A DNA stretch of 64,000 nt from a virus, in the IMG/VR virus record IMGVR_UViG_3300048597_000133, positions 1-64,000 of that record; one strand, given 5' to 3'. The notes below the pieces were generated by a model, which was given only the letters and a program-made list of their open reading frames with translations, searched no databases and was not told the origin of the DNA. Numbering within the stretch: position 1 is the first letter of the stretch; each line of letters starts with the position of its first letter. Below are positions 18,647-29,368 of this stretch, one piece after another. A program made the translations under genes and the position numbers.

Positions 18647-19380
18647 GTGTTGTATCTAAGGTAAGGGTTATCTTCGTGAATGCATTTAAGAATCCATTTA
18701 GACATCCAACTAGGCATATAGGTGCGGATTAGATTGTTATATAGTCGTTTGACTGGTAATCCGCGTTTAATAATGCTTAGTGCCAGTTTAACTTCCTGAC
18801 CAGTTCTGGAGTTGCTAACTGCTGCCAAAGTTTGTTGAAGGATGTTAGCTAGGAAGTGAATTGGGTTAGAGACAGGCTCGCCTTGTTTATTAAAAGGAGT
18901 AGGCTCTTCTGACTTTGGCTTTCCGACGAGGGGAGTATTAGTAGAGGAGCTTACTAAGATGTGGTCTTGTTTAGATAGGTAGACGAGGTTTTCCGGTCTG
19001 TTATCGTCAGTGACACCGTTAATGTGATGAACTTCTACAAAACCTTCTTTAGCTGTGAATCCGTTAGCTAGAGCTTTATAGCCGCCGCAGGCATAGAATG
19101 CTACTATTTGAGAGAGACCTACTATTTCACCTTTGTTAGTGGTGTGAAAATCAAAGAATCCAGATAGGTCTAATAATTCGAAGACGTACTTATTGTCAGC
19201 GCGCTTAGCGAATAGGCGCCCTGACTTTTTGCATTTGACCGTCTTGATGATATTAAGTATGATGCCGAGTCTAGTATTAGCTAGCTCGGCACCAAGTGGA
19301 GATTTATTTTTGTCTTTCATAGGCTTAATAATCGTGGTGGGCGGACACACTGATTCTATCAACAGTTTAGATAGAACCAC
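18643..19380 (-). CDS. HNH endonuclease-domain protein
   Basis: EVHHINGVTDDNRPENL..H. Confidence 0.8.
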   Translation of the reverse strand: MVLSKLLIESVCPPTTIIKPMKDKNKSPLGAELANTRLGIILNIIKTVKCKKSGRLFAKRADNKYVFELLDLSGFFDFHTTNKGEIVGLSQIVAFYACGGYKALANGFTAKEGFVEVHHINGVTDDNRPENLVYLSKQDHILVSSSTNTPLVGKPKSEEPTPFNKQGEPVSNPIHFLANILQQTLAAVSNSRTGQEVKLALSIIKRGLPVKRLYNNLIRTYMPSWMSKWILKCIHEDNPYLRYNT

Positions 19381-19661
19381 AGTTAATACGTCCAGCTCCT
19401 ACGGCTATCTTGCACACTTCGACCATTTAAATCATCTAAATGACTTAAATAACCTAGTAGAGCCACGGCCTGGCATCCCTTGTCTCTGAGAGCAGTTCCG
19501 TAGATACCTTACCGGTCCTGGCGAATTGAGCCCGTAGGCTTACCCTCTTTCTTATGCTGTTTATAGAAAGGTCCCGCGCCCAGGCACATAGGATTGTGGT
19601 ATCGACGTCCGGCCCATGTCCCCAAGAGGATGGTGTCCGGCTCGCCGATAAACTAATAATA

Positions 19662-20216
19662 TCATAGCTTGCCCAATCTTTCCAGACAATCTCTACAAAT
19701 CCCACAGTGTCCGCAGTCTACTTTATTAGACATATTTTGCAGGTCGCTATTAGATCCAAGGTCTACAGTAGTGTTAGAGCCGAAGCCCCGGGCTATTTTG
19801 CGTGCTCGTGCTTGTTGCTGTTGTAGTAGTTTCTGTTCGTATGCCCACCGACGGGCTTCTTTTTGTTCGAAAGATTCGAGAGTAATGCGAACGCCTTGGG
19901 TGGGTATAGCCACTACATTAGCTGTCTCCGGTAACATAGGTTTTAGTTTTTTATATACCTTGAGCATGTGATGCACCTTAAAGATAGTGGCCTCTTTAAG
20001 GTTATCTGTAACACCCAGAGTAAAGTTGCTGAGTTTTTTATCTTGTTGAGTAGGACGTCCGGAACATAACCACTGTAAGTAAAGCCATTGGCTAGGAGCA
20101 TCAATCCAGTCAATGCGGATATAACGAGTTTTTACTGGGTCTTGTTCTTTAGGTTTACGTAGGACACGCTCACGCTTAATTTTACGTCCTTTCTCACTAC
20201 GTCTTCTTTGCATCAA
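19662..20216 (-). CDS. Hypothetical basic protein with C-terminal Cys cluster
   Basis: CGHCGICRDC. Confidence 0.55.
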   Translation of the reverse strand: MMQRRRSEKGRKIKRERVLRKPKEQDPVKTRYIRIDWIDAPSQWLYLQWLCSGRPTQQDKKLSNFTLGVTDNLKEATIFKVHHMLKVYKKLKPMLPETANVVAIPTQGVRITLESFEQKEARRWAYEQKLLQQQQARARKIARGFGSNTTVDLGSNSDLQNMSNKVDCGHCGICRDCLERLGKL

Positions 20217-20749
20217 GTCCCTCTGATAGTGTTTACAAAGTCTAATGGTAGATTATTAGTTTCTGCCAGGTCAGCCCATTCATCTCTATGGTCTTGAATA
20301 ACACCTGCCGTCTGACAGTATAGAGGGAATAGTTGGTTAAAGTTCTCCATACCATGACTGGTAATCATAAGATAAGCGAGGTCTAGTTTACCGGCTAGAG
20401 TAGGGTTAACTGAGACGAGAGCAAGGTCGTATGATATTTTAGCTTGATTAGTGGTTAGGGCAGCATTAAAGCCCGTCCAATTGGGAGATGGTGCAGGTTC
20501 AGGTAATGGCTCTACAGACCAACCGATAGTCCAAACATCGTCAATTAGTTGAGGTTGTAGGTCTTTAACTAAGTGATGTGTTTCTGAGTTATAGATTGGT
20601 TCTGGCGCAGTGACTACGATAGCGGCGTCAAAGTCTGATAAATCTATAGAGGATAAATCTAACGGGAAGCTGGTATTAGGATAGTCATTGCGGAGACTAT
20701 GAAAGGAGTATGGATAAGTTTGGGTTGATATCTTGATGAGGTCGTTCAT
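20213..20749 (-). CDS. Tail-fibre accessory/assembly-like protein, PNWxGFN family copy 1
   Basis: PNWTGFNAAL..HRDEWADLAETNNLPLDFVNTIRG; paralogous to 47673 and 49428. Confidence 0.6.
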   Translation of the reverse strand: MNDLIKISTQTYPYSFHSLRNDYPNTSFPLDLSSIDLSDFDAAIVVTAPEPIYNSETHHLVKDLQPQLIDDVWTIGWSVEPLPEPAPSPNWTGFNAALTTNQAKISYDLALVSVNPTLAGKLDLAYLMITSHGMENFNQLFPLYCQTAGVIQDHRDEWADLAETNNLPLDFVNTIRGT

Positions 20750-20753
20750 AGTG

Positions 20754-21578
20754 TTAGCTTCCTATAACGTTTATTTGTCTGGTGCCGGGCCAGATTATAC
20801 GGACAGCTCCGTCACCTCCGGCACCACTATTTTGGGGATCGTAAGCGCCCCCACCACCTCCGCCGTATAGCCGTCCGATTCCACCGCTGCCTGACCCTCC
20901 ATTTCCACTATTAACTCCGCCGGCACCGGAAGCTCCCGCACCATATATACCTACTCCACCTCCGGAACCCCCTATAAAAATGCCAGATGCACCACCACCG
21001 CCACCACCTCCGGCACCACTGCCGCCTGAAGTAGCAGTATTAATTCCGTTTGCGCCATTACCGCCGTTACCACTATACCCACCGGCACCACCACCTCCAG
21101 CCGGCCAATTTGCATAACCGCCTAATCCACCGTTGCCACCGCCAGTTTTAAATGTGCCGTAACTATCACCTCCACTGGCGTTTTGAGTATTTATCCTGCC
21201 ACCTCCACCGCCACTTGCATACAGAAAAAACTCTTCTTCTAGGTTAACTTGTATATATATAGCTGAAGGGGTTCCCATATTTCCTATAGTACCAATACTG
21301 CTGACAGCAGCACCACCTTGCCCACACTGTATGTATAACACTTGCCCAGGAGTTACAGGAATATTATTGCCGTAAGATAATCCACCCCCTCCTCCACCTC
21401 CAGAATTCGATGCCTCGCCTTTAGAGCCACTCCCTCCACCTCCTATACACACAGCAGAGATAGATGTCACCCCTGCAGGGACAGTCCATTGATAGCCCCC
21501 AGGTGTAGTATAAATTACTTCTCCAGAAGAGGAACCTGAATCATTAGTGAATAATAAAGACTGATTAATAAAATCCAT
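20754..21578 (-). CDS. Glycine-rich tail-fibre tip/adhesin-like protein
   Basis: WTVPAGVTSISAVCIGGGG..GAGGDGAVRIIW glycine-rich domain. Confidence 0.7.
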   Translation of the reverse strand: MDFINQSLLFTNDSGSSSGEVIYTTPGGYQWTVPAGVTSISAVCIGGGGSGSKGEASNSGGGGGGGLSYGNNIPVTPGQVLYIQCGQGGAAVSSIGTIGNMGTPSAIYIQVNLEEEFFLYASGGGGGRINTQNASGGDSYGTFKTGGGNGGLGGYANWPAGGGGAGGYSGNGGNGANGINTATSGGSGAGGGGGGGASGIFIGGSGGGVGIYGAGASGAGGVNSGNGGSGSGGIGRLYGGGGGGAYDPQNSGAGGDGAVRIIWPGTRQINVIGS

Positions 21579-21585
21579 ATTTATA

Positions 21586-23076
21586 CTACTGGTTGTAATT
21601 TATAGAAGAGGAGCCGAACCATTTAGACCCATTGTTCCTAGTCACAAAGGTAAATATATGTATTTTTGAGTTAGTTAAGGTAGGTGCGGTATTGCCAGGC
21701 CAGCTTACAGATGCTGGCCATGTCACAGTCCCACTATTATGTGTAAGTTCTAAAGTAAAAGCATAAACTGTGCCGTTACTAGGCGCATTAGAAAAAGTAA
21801 AAGTAGAATTACTACTTATAGTCTTTGTGTAATAGTTACCTAACGAGCAGTCGATATTAAGAGCCGATACAGTTGTTGCTGCCCGCGTATAGCGCTCTGC
21901 CATCTTAGACTGAACAAATTCAGTCGTAGCAAATTGAGTAGTATTAGTAGTCAGAGATGGTGTAGGTCCAGCCGGCGTACCAGTAAATGTTGGAGAGTTA
22001 ATTGGAGCCTTAGCATCTAAAGTAGACTGCAGATTGGTTACAGTAGATATTGCTTGTGTCCCAGTGTGATTAGCTCTAGCTTTATTTGCTGTATCACGGG
22101 CATTTAACTGCGTAGTAGTCTCATAGTTAGTCACTGCACTTTGTACAAAAGCAGTGGTAGCTAGCTGAGTATTATTAGTACCTCCTGCAGCAGTGGGTCC
22201 AGCCGGCGTACCAGTAAACGTTGGAGAGTTAATTGGAGCCTTAGCGTCTAAAGTAGTCTGCAAACCTGACACGCTAGAAATAGCTTGGGTGCCAGTGTGA
22301 TTAGACCTAGCTCGATTAGCAGTATCTCTGGCGTTTAGCTGCGTAGTAGTCTCATAGTTAGCTAGAGCTGATGCTTGTAGTGCACTGGCCGCTAAGGAGC
22401 CTTGAGCTGCCGTGGCAAAATCTCCAGTGTTAGCTAACGCTGCAGTCCCAAAGGCTGGCTTACCAGTGATATCAGCCCAATCAGCAATTAAGTCCAAGTT
22501 TCCTAATTCATCTAGGTCGATAGCGGCCAGCTTTTGTTTTTCTAAGGTAGTGTAATTCTCTTCTGTCGCTACGTAGTTAGGGTCAATTACTATGTCTGGG
22601 TTATAACCCATAACAGTAACGCCGATGTCCACTTCCTTTAATATCGTGGAGTCGGCGTCTTCTTTATACCCAAGCGCAGACTCTACATAACCTAGAGCAG
22701 TATTGATATCTTCTAGCTCATCACTTAGTCCAGTAATGGTGCTTATACTTTGAGTGCCACTATGATTAGACCTGTCCCTATTAACTGAGTCTCTAGTGTC
22801 TAGTTGACTTGAAGTCTCATATTCAGCAAGGTCTGAAGTTTGTAGTGCTGACTCAGCTAAAGTACCTTGAGCGGCGGTGGCGAAGTCTAAAACATCAGCC
22901 AGAGCCGCCGTCCCTAAGTCTGGTTTATTAGTTACTTGAGTGTCCCAGTCGACGCTAATTTCAGACTCTAAATCGTTGAGCTTAGCTTTCTCTGCATCTG
23001 TATAAGCGTTAGTATCCGGTTGGCTTTCGTATAAAGCCTTAATCTGCCCGCCGGTTAGGTGATTTACATTGCTCAT
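21586..23076 (-). CDS. Tail fibre protein, cassette 1
   Basis: LYESQPDTNAYTDAEK N-terminus, GTAAL..ATAAQG, NHTGTQ and KAPINSPTFTGTP..TQLATT repeats, C-terminal WPASVSWPG..P.L. Confidence 0.8.
   Translation of the reverse strand: MSNVNHLTGGQIKALYESQPDTNAYTDAEKAKLNDLESEISVDWDTQVTNKPDLGTAALADVLDFATAAQGTLAESALQTSDLAEYETSSQLDTRDSVNRDRSNHSGTQSISTITGLSDELEDINTALGYVESALGYKEDADSTILKEVDIGVTVMGYNPDIVIDPNYVATEENYTTLEKQKLAAIDLDELGNLDLIADWADITGKPAFGTAALANTGDFATAAQGSLAASALQASALANYETTTQLNARDTANRARSNHTGTQAISSVSGLQTTLDAKAPINSPTFTGTPAGPTAAGGTNNTQLATTAFVQSAVTNYETTTQLNARDTANKARANHTGTQAISTVTNLQSTLDAKAPINSPTFTGTPAGPTPSLTTNTTQFATTEFVQSKMAERYTRAATTVSALNIDCSLGNYYTKTISSNSTFTFSNAPSNGTVYAFTLELTHNSGTVTWPASVSWPGNTAPTLTNSKIHIFTFVTRNNGSKWFGSSSINYNQ
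21965..22362 (-). repeat. Direct repeat in tail fibre (two ~165-nt copies, 231-nt period)
   Basis: YETTTQLNARDTAN..NHTGTQAIS..LQ.TLDAKAPINSPTFTGTPAGPT twice, near-identical at DNA level. Confidence 0.9.
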
Positions 23077-23186
23077 TAGAGGTAACAGTGCTAGACGCTT
23101 CTGCTACTAACTTAATAGCTTGAGGGTAATTGTAATCAGTGACCAAAATCAGTGGATTGGCGGCGGCTCGTTCAACAAAGGTAGTG

Positions 23187-23399
23187 TTAGGCATATTGGC
23201 GGTATTGTGGAAGGCTTAAAGTCTGAATTAGCTCAGCTTTAGTAAGTCGGCTGTACTTTTTAATCTTAGCTACTTTTGCTAGCTCCTTTAACTCCCGGAT
23301 AGTATGTCGGGATAATTTCCGCCTTTGATTACATTTAGGGGCAAAGATAACCCCCACAGCGAGGATATACAACAACACTACGACAATTAGATTTTCCAT
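23187..23399 (-). CDS. Membrane-anchored Rho-N/HeH-like small protein
   Basis: Hydrophobic N-terminus, then TIRELKELAK..IKKYSRLTKAELI. Confidence 0.65.
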   Translation of the reverse strand: MENLIVVVLLYILAVGVIFAPKCNQRRKLSRHTIRELKELAKVAKIKKYSRLTKAELIQTLSLPQYRQYA

Positions 23400-23453
23400 G
23401 GTTTTTGATTTGAATAGGGCGAGGCTATAGAGCCTCGCGTTTTTGGGTCGCTA

Positions 23454-23765
23454 TCAGAGCTTCATAAACACTAATAGCTTTATTACGTCACAATGCTCAT
23501 TATCAACACTGGACACTTTAATAGTGTTATCACTAGGAGTAATCCAGATATTTAACGAGTCGTCTTTTTGCCACACACAGGACCGCTGCAGTTGAGTTTC
23601 TTTATCTGTATATTCCAGATAAATACCATAGCGGGTGCTAGCTTCAGTTGTAGTGGCAATATGTCCGTTGACAGTGACAGCGTCTGCGTGGTCTATCAGT
23701 CTGACTAAGTCTTGAAAGGTAAGTACCGTATAATGACGAGGAAATACACCTTGTTTAAATGCCAT
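23454..23765 (-). CDS. Hypothetical protein
   Basis: Operon ORF followed by a hairpin (gcgaggct..agcctcgc). Confidence 0.55.
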   Translation of the reverse strand: MAFKQGVFPRHYTVLTFQDLVRLIDHADAVTVNGHIATTTEASTRYGIYLEYTDKETQLQRSCVWQKDDSLNIWITPSDNTIKVSSVDNEHCDVIKLLVFMKL

Positions 23766-23767
23766 AG

Positions 23768-24292
23768 TTACTTAATGCTTAAGATCATTCTGGTTTCTAA
23801 AGTAGCCCATTCTGTTGCTTGTCCAGACTTTAGAGCTAACTTCAACGCAGTCTTATCGGCAGTAACTTTAACCCGTTGATACTCGGGAGGTAGTTTATCT
23901 TCTTCTACCTTGAGCACAACAGAGCCCGGCGACTTACGAATACTAACTACACCATCAACCCCTTCTACCTTGCTCCTACCGGTCAATTCCATCTGGTGAG
24001 CTAAGTATTGCTTCAACCGCTCAGCTCTATTTTCTGCGGTCTTAGCTAAATCAGTTAACCGTTTTGCCTCTGCTTTACGCGCCTCGGCCAAGGCCGACTC
24101 ATGACGTATATAAGCAGCCACAGATAAGACTTTATCGTTAAAGTTCTCACCTAAGGCCAACCACTCTTGGAATAGAGACTCACGGGCCTCATCGTCCAAA
24201 TCATTGTTCTCATCAAGGGAGTCTACTAAGTGACGCTCTAATTCAAGCACGCCCTTAGATAACTCCCATAATTTGCTGTTTGTGTCAGACAT
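23768..24292 (-). CDS. Siphovirus Gp157-like protein
   Basis: KV..AAYI..KAEAKRL..K..EN..ERLKQYL..SIRKS..P.EY..DK..LK..LK.G. Confidence 0.8.
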   Translation of the reverse strand: MSDTNSKLWELSKGVLELERHLVDSLDENNDLDDEARESLFQEWLALGENFNDKVLSVAAYIRHESALAEARKAEAKRLTDLAKTAENRAERLKQYLAHQMELTGRSKVEGVDGVVSIRKSPGSVVLKVEEDKLPPEYQRVKVTADKTALKLALKSGQATEWATLETRMILSIK

Positions 24293-24295
24293 AGA

Positions 24296-25279
24296 TTAAA
24301 TAGTCAGGGCAAGTTGTTTAGCTTCGTCTAATAACTTACTATCAGGTCCAAACCAGATAGAGTTATATCGGTTATCTCGGTTACTAGAACGGTCTTTAAT
24401 AGCTTCTGTTATACCGTTAAACGCCGCCCACGCCGTGCCTTCTACTCCGTCTAACTGTAAGTCTGGAGAATACATGTAGTTCTCTAGGCACTTACGAGTG
24501 AAACGGTTATCCTCTAACTTCATCTCTTCTTTGGGGATGTCTAACCGTTTAGCAGAGTCTACTAACTGGCGCTCAAAGAGTTTTTCTAGATAAGTGCGGG
24601 TTTGGTCTAGGTCCATATTACGCTTAGACAACTCTTTGTAGATAGAAACTTCTTCGTCGAAACTACGACGGAATAGGTTGATAGAAGCCCGTACTTCAGA
24701 CAACTGTTGGATTTGACTGGCAGTATGGCGGATACTACGGAAATTACCCCGTTCAGCCATGGCAGCTCGAAGAGTATTAGAACATACCACTCGAACGTTG
24801 GTGAACTTCACTGTGGTACCAATAGAGCCATCATGACTAGTAGCCAGTAATAAGTAGGCACGAACGTAATCGTCTTTAACTACTTCCCGTACATTGTCTT
24901 CTATTTCAGCCAACAAGCAGATTTTCTTACCTTGGTTAAGGGAAATGGCACTGCTGATAAAGCAACCTTCGTGGAGAAAAGGCTCAAAGAACTGGAATGC
25001 TTCTTCGTTTTGTAGTGGGTGATAGCTAGACGATACGCAAGGGTTGAGAATATTCTGGTCCGTGTCTCTTACTAAGGCGTAGTAGTTATCTATAGCAACT
25101 ACTACATCTGGGTCTACCTCGTCGGTGTACGCTAAAGGGCGCTTACTTACGGTCCAATCTAAACCACCTAAGGATAAGGCAGTTTTAATGTCGCGCAGCT
25201 TTTCTGGTAGAACGACACCTAAACCGTGCCAAGCTTGCTTACCGTCAGAAAATACTCCCGATTCAAATTCGTGAGACAT
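24296..25279 (-). CDS. DUF932/DUF945-type phage-plasmid protein
   Basis: AWHGLG, LDWTV, Y..LQN..F, SHDGS, VRVVCSNTL, GTAWAAFNGITE. Confidence 0.85.
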   Translation of the reverse strand: MSHEFESGVFSDGKQAWHGLGVVLPEKLRDIKTALSLGGLDWTVSKRPLAYTDEVDPDVVVAIDNYYALVRDTDQNILNPCVSSSYHPLQNEEAFQFFEPFLHEGCFISSAISLNQGKKICLLAEIEDNVREVVKDDYVRAYLLLATSHDGSIGTTVKFTNVRVVCSNTLRAAMAERGNFRSIRHTASQIQQLSEVRASINLFRRSFDEEVSIYKELSKRNMDLDQTRTYLEKLFERQLVDSAKRLDIPKEEMKLEDNRFTRKCLENYMYSPDLQLDGVEGTAWAAFNGITEAIKDRSSNRDNRYNSIWFGPDSKLLDEAKQLALTI

Positions 25280-25338
25280 AAAGTTTAAGTTGATTTTTGT
25301 GGTTTGTTAGTTGACTTTTTGTTTGGCAGCGCGTCTAA

Positions 25339-25656
25339 TCAACGCCAAATCGTGTAGGAAGGGTACGCGTAGTCAATGTTCTCTGGGTCAGTATCGTCGT
25401 AATAGGCGTAGCTAAGACGCTTAAGCTTATCGATAGGCACTTCGTAGCTACCGGCGGCGCATTCTAATACTGTATGGATAGACTTACTGAGTATTAGAAT
25501 TAGCTTACCTTGCCAGTCATTAGGTGATACAGTGACTAGCTCATAACAGGTTAGACCGTCTAGTCTGTTATTGCACTCAGAAAACCATTCAGTCTGGCTG
25601 GGTGTAGATTTCATATTAGGTTGGTCTTGTGTAACGATGCTCATAAGGCTAATCAA
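25339..25656 (-). CDS. Hypothetical protein
   Basis: ORF only. Confidence 0.45.
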   Translation of the reverse strand: MISLMSIVTQDQPNMKSTPSQTEWFSECNNRLDGLTCYELVTVSPNDWQGKLILILSKSIHTVLECAAGSYEVPIDKLKRLSYAYYDDTDPENIDYAYPSYTIWR

Positions 25657-26358
25657 GTGATTGTAATTATCAAGAACTTAGTCTCTTCAACTCTATTACT
25701 GTCACTGGCCGGGTCTCTTACAGCGACAGTGGTGTTGGTTGGCGAGGAAGACCAAAAACCAATAAGTTATGTCAATGCAGCGGACACGAAGCATACAGAC
25801 CAACCAAGTTGGATAGAAAAGGCCGCAGACCCAGCAGTTTCTGTGCCCCTATTCATAACTTTATTGGGAGTCCTGTACTTTATCACCAGTCGCTTTTATG
25901 GAGTACACCAAGAGCTAGGGCGTGAGCGATTTTTAAACACTGTCACTAAGTCTATAGATGAGGTGTTAAGTGAAAGGCTTGACCCAAAATTAGACAGTAT
26001 GGAAAAACACATAGAGTGGTTCCATGCGGAGATTCAGGAAGTGCGCCGCAAACTGTCTAATATACAAACTAGACACTACGCCATAGAATCTAAAATCACT
26101 GAAGATGAAGAGATAATTGACGACTACTTTGAGAAAGTAGACGATGAATTATCTGAGATACTTAGTGAGATTACAGGCACCCAAATCAGAGTCAGGATAT
26201 ATAGGAATCGCCGGGCTCAAACTAAAAAAGGGCACACCAGTAGCTGGTATGCCCGGTATATTGACCCGTCTATAGAAGAACAAACTAAAGAAGCGCTTAA
26301 CGAAACAGAGACTCCGCGTACTTCTGGTCCACCACCTGGGCCGAGTCAGGATAGCTAG
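25621..26358 (+). CDS. Membrane protein with coiled coil (start probably downstream)
   Basis: Two hydrophobic segments followed by a heptad-rich region; lone plus-strand gene. Confidence 0.55.
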   Translation: MVLCNDAHKANQVIVIIKNLVSSTLLLSLAGSLTATVVLVGEEDQKPISYVNAADTKHTDQPSWIEKAADPAVSVPLFITLLGVLYFITSRFYGVHQELGRERFLNTVTKSIDEVLSERLDPKLDSMEKHIEWFHAEIQEVRRKLSNIQTRHYAIESKITEDEEIIDDYFEKVDDELSEILSEITGTQIRVRIYRNRRAQTKKGHTSSWYARYIDPSIEEQTKEALNETETPRTSGPPPGPSQDS

Positions 26359-27805
26359 CGTTTAACAACTTAATACGCTTATAAGAGTGCTGTTGTAGGT
26401 AGAAAGGCTCTTCATCAAAGAAATCGATGATGTATGCATTCTGTTTGACTCCCGACTTATCCATCCTTAAAGCGCGTCCTATTCGTTGTGTAGTTATCCT
26501 CTTGTTAGCTTGTCCTGCACAGTTAATTAACAGTTCTAACTGGGGTAAGTCTTCCCCTTCATTCAAGATAGAGCTCGCTATCAGACATTTAAGTTCCCCA
26601 GACCGGAAGGCATCTAAGACCTCCATACGCTCTTTACCTTTAACGTTACCATCTATGAACGGCACATCTTTAAGTCCTTGAGCGCGGGCTTCATCAGCTA
26701 ATATCTGACCATGCACTAATAACTTAACGATGAGTAGGACATTACCTGATTCCTCATTGGTGTCTAGGAATTGCTTTGCGTATTTAATGGCTAGCTGATT
26801 CCTCTTGTCGTTATAGACGATGTTAGCCTTATAGACATCTTCAGGGTCTGGTTTGCCATTAGGGCTCTTAGGATAAGTTTCTATTTTCTTACCGTCTGAC
26901 GCTGTTACTAGTTGTAGTCCAGGATATTGATTAGTCTGTGGTTTGACCCTTACAAAAAACGCTTTAGGGGCGTGGATTACCTTTAAATCCACCATTACAG
27001 ATGGAGGCACTATCAAAGCTTTAGGTCCGCATACGCCTTCTAATACTAAGTCAGCTCCGTCTGTCCTGTAAACAGTAGCACTCAAACCGAGACGGTACGA
27101 AGTATTGATACATGCATCACTTAATTTTTGGTAGCTTTTTGAGGCGCCTTGATGGCATTCGTCTACCACAAAGATTTGTTGCTGAGCTAATTCATCAGCG
27201 TATTTGCCGGTACAATGCTTCGACAAAGAGTTGATGATGCCTACTGTAATGCGCTGCCACTTAGATTTACCGTCGCCAATCATTCCTACCTCTTCACCCA
27301 GAACGCTTTCTAACGGTCGTTTAATGTTGTGCAAGAGGTTCACACTAGGTACGCATACTAAGACACGTTGGGTAGGAAATTTACTAATAAAGAACGCTGC
27401 TGCATAGCTTTTTCCACTACCTGTGGGTGACTGTACTACAGTACGCTGATGTTCTAACGCTGTCTTAACAATAACCCGCTGATGGTCATAGGCCCAATCG
27501 GGCAATTCCACCGTCTCATCTGGTATAACCCTTTTGTACAAGCATTTAAACTCTACTTTTACCTTAAAGGCTTCTAATATACTGGCTACGCGAGGTAAAA
27601 GGCCAGTCGGGAACTGGTGATTAACTAAGTCGTAACAGCATTCAGTTGGGTCAATCCAGTCGAATTTCTTCTGGTGGACGAGATAAGACTGAGACTTATT
27701 CTCCCAGGTAAGAGCTGAGATTATATGGTCTATAACGTTAGAGTCAATATCCCCCGTAATGGATGCCCTGGCGGCATCAAATTCAATAGTTACTTTGGGT
27801 TCCAT
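26297..27805 (-). CDS. SF2 DExH helicase (UvsW-like)
   Basis: SPTGSGKS, DECH, SAT, EGEDLP, QRIGRALR. Confidence 0.9.
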   Translation of the reverse strand: MEPKVTIEFDAARASITGDIDSNVIDHIISALTWENKSQSYLVHQKKFDWIDPTECCYDLVNHQFPTGLLPRVASILEAFKVKVEFKCLYKRVIPDETVELPDWAYDHQRVIVKTALEHQRTVVQSPTGSGKSYAAAFFISKFPTQRVLVCVPSVNLLHNIKRPLESVLGEEVGMIGDGKSKWQRITVGIINSLSKHCTGKYADELAQQQIFVVDECHQGASKSYQKLSDACINTSYRLGLSATVYRTDGADLVLEGVCGPKALIVPPSVMVDLKVIHAPKAFFVRVKPQTNQYPGLQLVTASDGKKIETYPKSPNGKPDPEDVYKANIVYNDKRNQLAIKYAKQFLDTNEESGNVLLIVKLLVHGQILADEARAQGLKDVPFIDGNVKGKERMEVLDAFRSGELKCLIASSILNEGEDLPQLELLINCAGQANKRITTQRIGRALRMDKSGVKQNAYIIDFFDEEPFYLQQHSYKRIKLLNASYPDSAQVVDQKYAESLFR

Positions 27806-27814
27806 AATAAAGAA

Positions 27815-27841
27815 AAAGCCGCCAATAGTTAGTTGACGGCT
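27815..27841 (-). terminator. Intrinsic terminator
   Basis: Minus strand AGCCGTCAA..TTGGCGGCT followed by TTTT. Confidence 0.55.
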
Positions 27842-27870
27842 ATATACAAGTTGATTCAGTTCACTGTTGT

Positions 27871-29310
27871 TTAGTCAATGTCCGGGGCAGGAGCAGTAAA
27901 AGCACTAAAGGAAGTAGTGGGTTTAACTACCTCTTCTTCTACAACTTCTACTTCTACTGGGGTATCCGCTTCCTCTTTATTTGGTTGTGGCATAGGACAC
28001 GCCTCTGAAGCACTAGTAGGTAATGCTTGAGGACTGCTGGTAGAGTCAACTGGGTTAACCTCACCATTAATCAAAGCTTCTTCGTACTGAAGACATTGTA
28101 AGGAGAGTTGTAACCAGTCGATAGGAGTCAAGCCTTCGCCGCGACTAATGACGTTTGGGTCAGTGACTGGACAGAATACTGGTAAGTGAGTAGCACCAAA
28201 TTCAGGCTTCTTAAGCTTAGCCAAATGAACCTCCGTAACTACCGGGAATACTGTATTGCCGAATAGAGCTAGTCGGCGGGGCTCACCAGTAACATTACGG
28301 GCGTTTAAGTAGTTACGGTAGTAATCACCCCAAGAGTAATATTGGGCTCCTTCCGGTAAGTAACATTGACGACCATTAGTAACAATGTCACGTTCATAGT
28401 CGCCGCTACCTAGAGACCTGTGTTGTACAGGACCCATACCAGCAATCTTAAGAATAAACGGAGCTTCACGCTGAGCGCTGAATCCAGTCGGATGGTAATA
28501 AGTTAGGTTAGCGTCCTTAACATCTACCCACTTGATGGTAGGCTTACCACCTTTAAGCACTGCAGAAGAGTCTAAGATACCTAATTGAAAGACACAGAAC
28601 TTTAAGTAACCCTCTAGTTTACACTTAGGGATTTCTGTATTCGGGTCTTGGAATTGGTCTAAAGTGCCTACATAGTGTTCGCCGGCAGCAACACATTCTG
28701 CACAAGTGCGGGTTTCAGAAGTCTTTACACCTTCTGGTGTGCCAACTGGAGGGCGGGAACCTTTAAGGGTCAACCAAGGGCGCTCAGCTAGCCAGCTATT
28801 GATGGTGTGAGGATTTTTCTTTGATTGGTTGATCTTATTGATAGGAATCTCTAACGGGTGGCTATCGGTAATAGTTGTGCCACTGTCTTGGTCGATCAAA
28901 GCCGTAGTCTGACAGAAGTTAGTGAATTTATCGCCCACTTTACCAGACATGCGAAAGCCATAGGCTACTTTAACTACTACACCCCGCAGAGCCACAAAGT
29001 GATGTTCTGGAATGGGGGAGACCTCATTAGGCTCTTCTACCCCTTCTTTAGCCAAACGTTCTTTATCCGCTTTGGTTAGTGGATAATTCCAGCTAAGTCG
29101 GTCAGAAGATCCAAACTTACCTTCCACATGTGCCTGCCAACGGCGGTCACCTGACCCAGAACCAAACCCCTCTTTAATAGCTAGTGAGTCATTAGACTGT
29201 TTAGCTTCTTCTACGAGTTTCTTAAAATCACTAAGGTCGATGGAGCCTAAGTCCTGAGGAGCTGTAGCTAAACCGACAGCAGACTGAGTGATACTGTTAC
29301 TTGTTTCCAT
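27871..29310 (-). CDS. Hypothetical replication-region protein with acidic tail (possible SSB/annealing protein)
   Basis: 479 aa, CxxC, low-complexity acidic C-terminus. Confidence 0.4.
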   Translation of the reverse strand: METSNSITQSAVGLATAPQDLGSIDLSDFKKLVEEAKQSNDSLAIKEGFGSGSGDRRWQAHVEGKFGSSDRLSWNYPLTKADKERLAKEGVEEPNEVSPIPEHHFVALRGVVVKVAYGFRMSGKVGDKFTNFCQTTALIDQDSGTTITDSHPLEIPINKINQSKKNPHTINSWLAERPWLTLKGSRPPVGTPEGVKTSETRTCAECVAAGEHYVGTLDQFQDPNTEIPKCKLEGYLKFCVFQLGILDSSAVLKGGKPTIKWVDVKDANLTYYHPTGFSAQREAPFILKIAGMGPVQHRSLGSGDYERDIVTNGRQCYLPEGAQYYSWGDYYRNYLNARNVTGEPRRLALFGNTVFPVVTEVHLAKLKKPEFGATHLPVFCPVTDPNVISRGEGLTPIDWLQLSLQCLQYEEALINGEVNPVDSTSSPQALPTSASEACPMPQPNKEEADTPVEVEVVEEEVVKPTTSFSAFTAPAPDID

Positions 29311-29368
29311 TTGTTCGTTAATTAATTAGTTAGTTGAGGATGCGTTTGATTTTCTTTTTACTTAGCGG

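Noticed and set aside
19424-19450. 9-nt periodic run catttaaat/catctaaat/gacttaaat upstream of the HNH gene
   Set aside because: Short, degenerate and AT-rich; no function can be supported.
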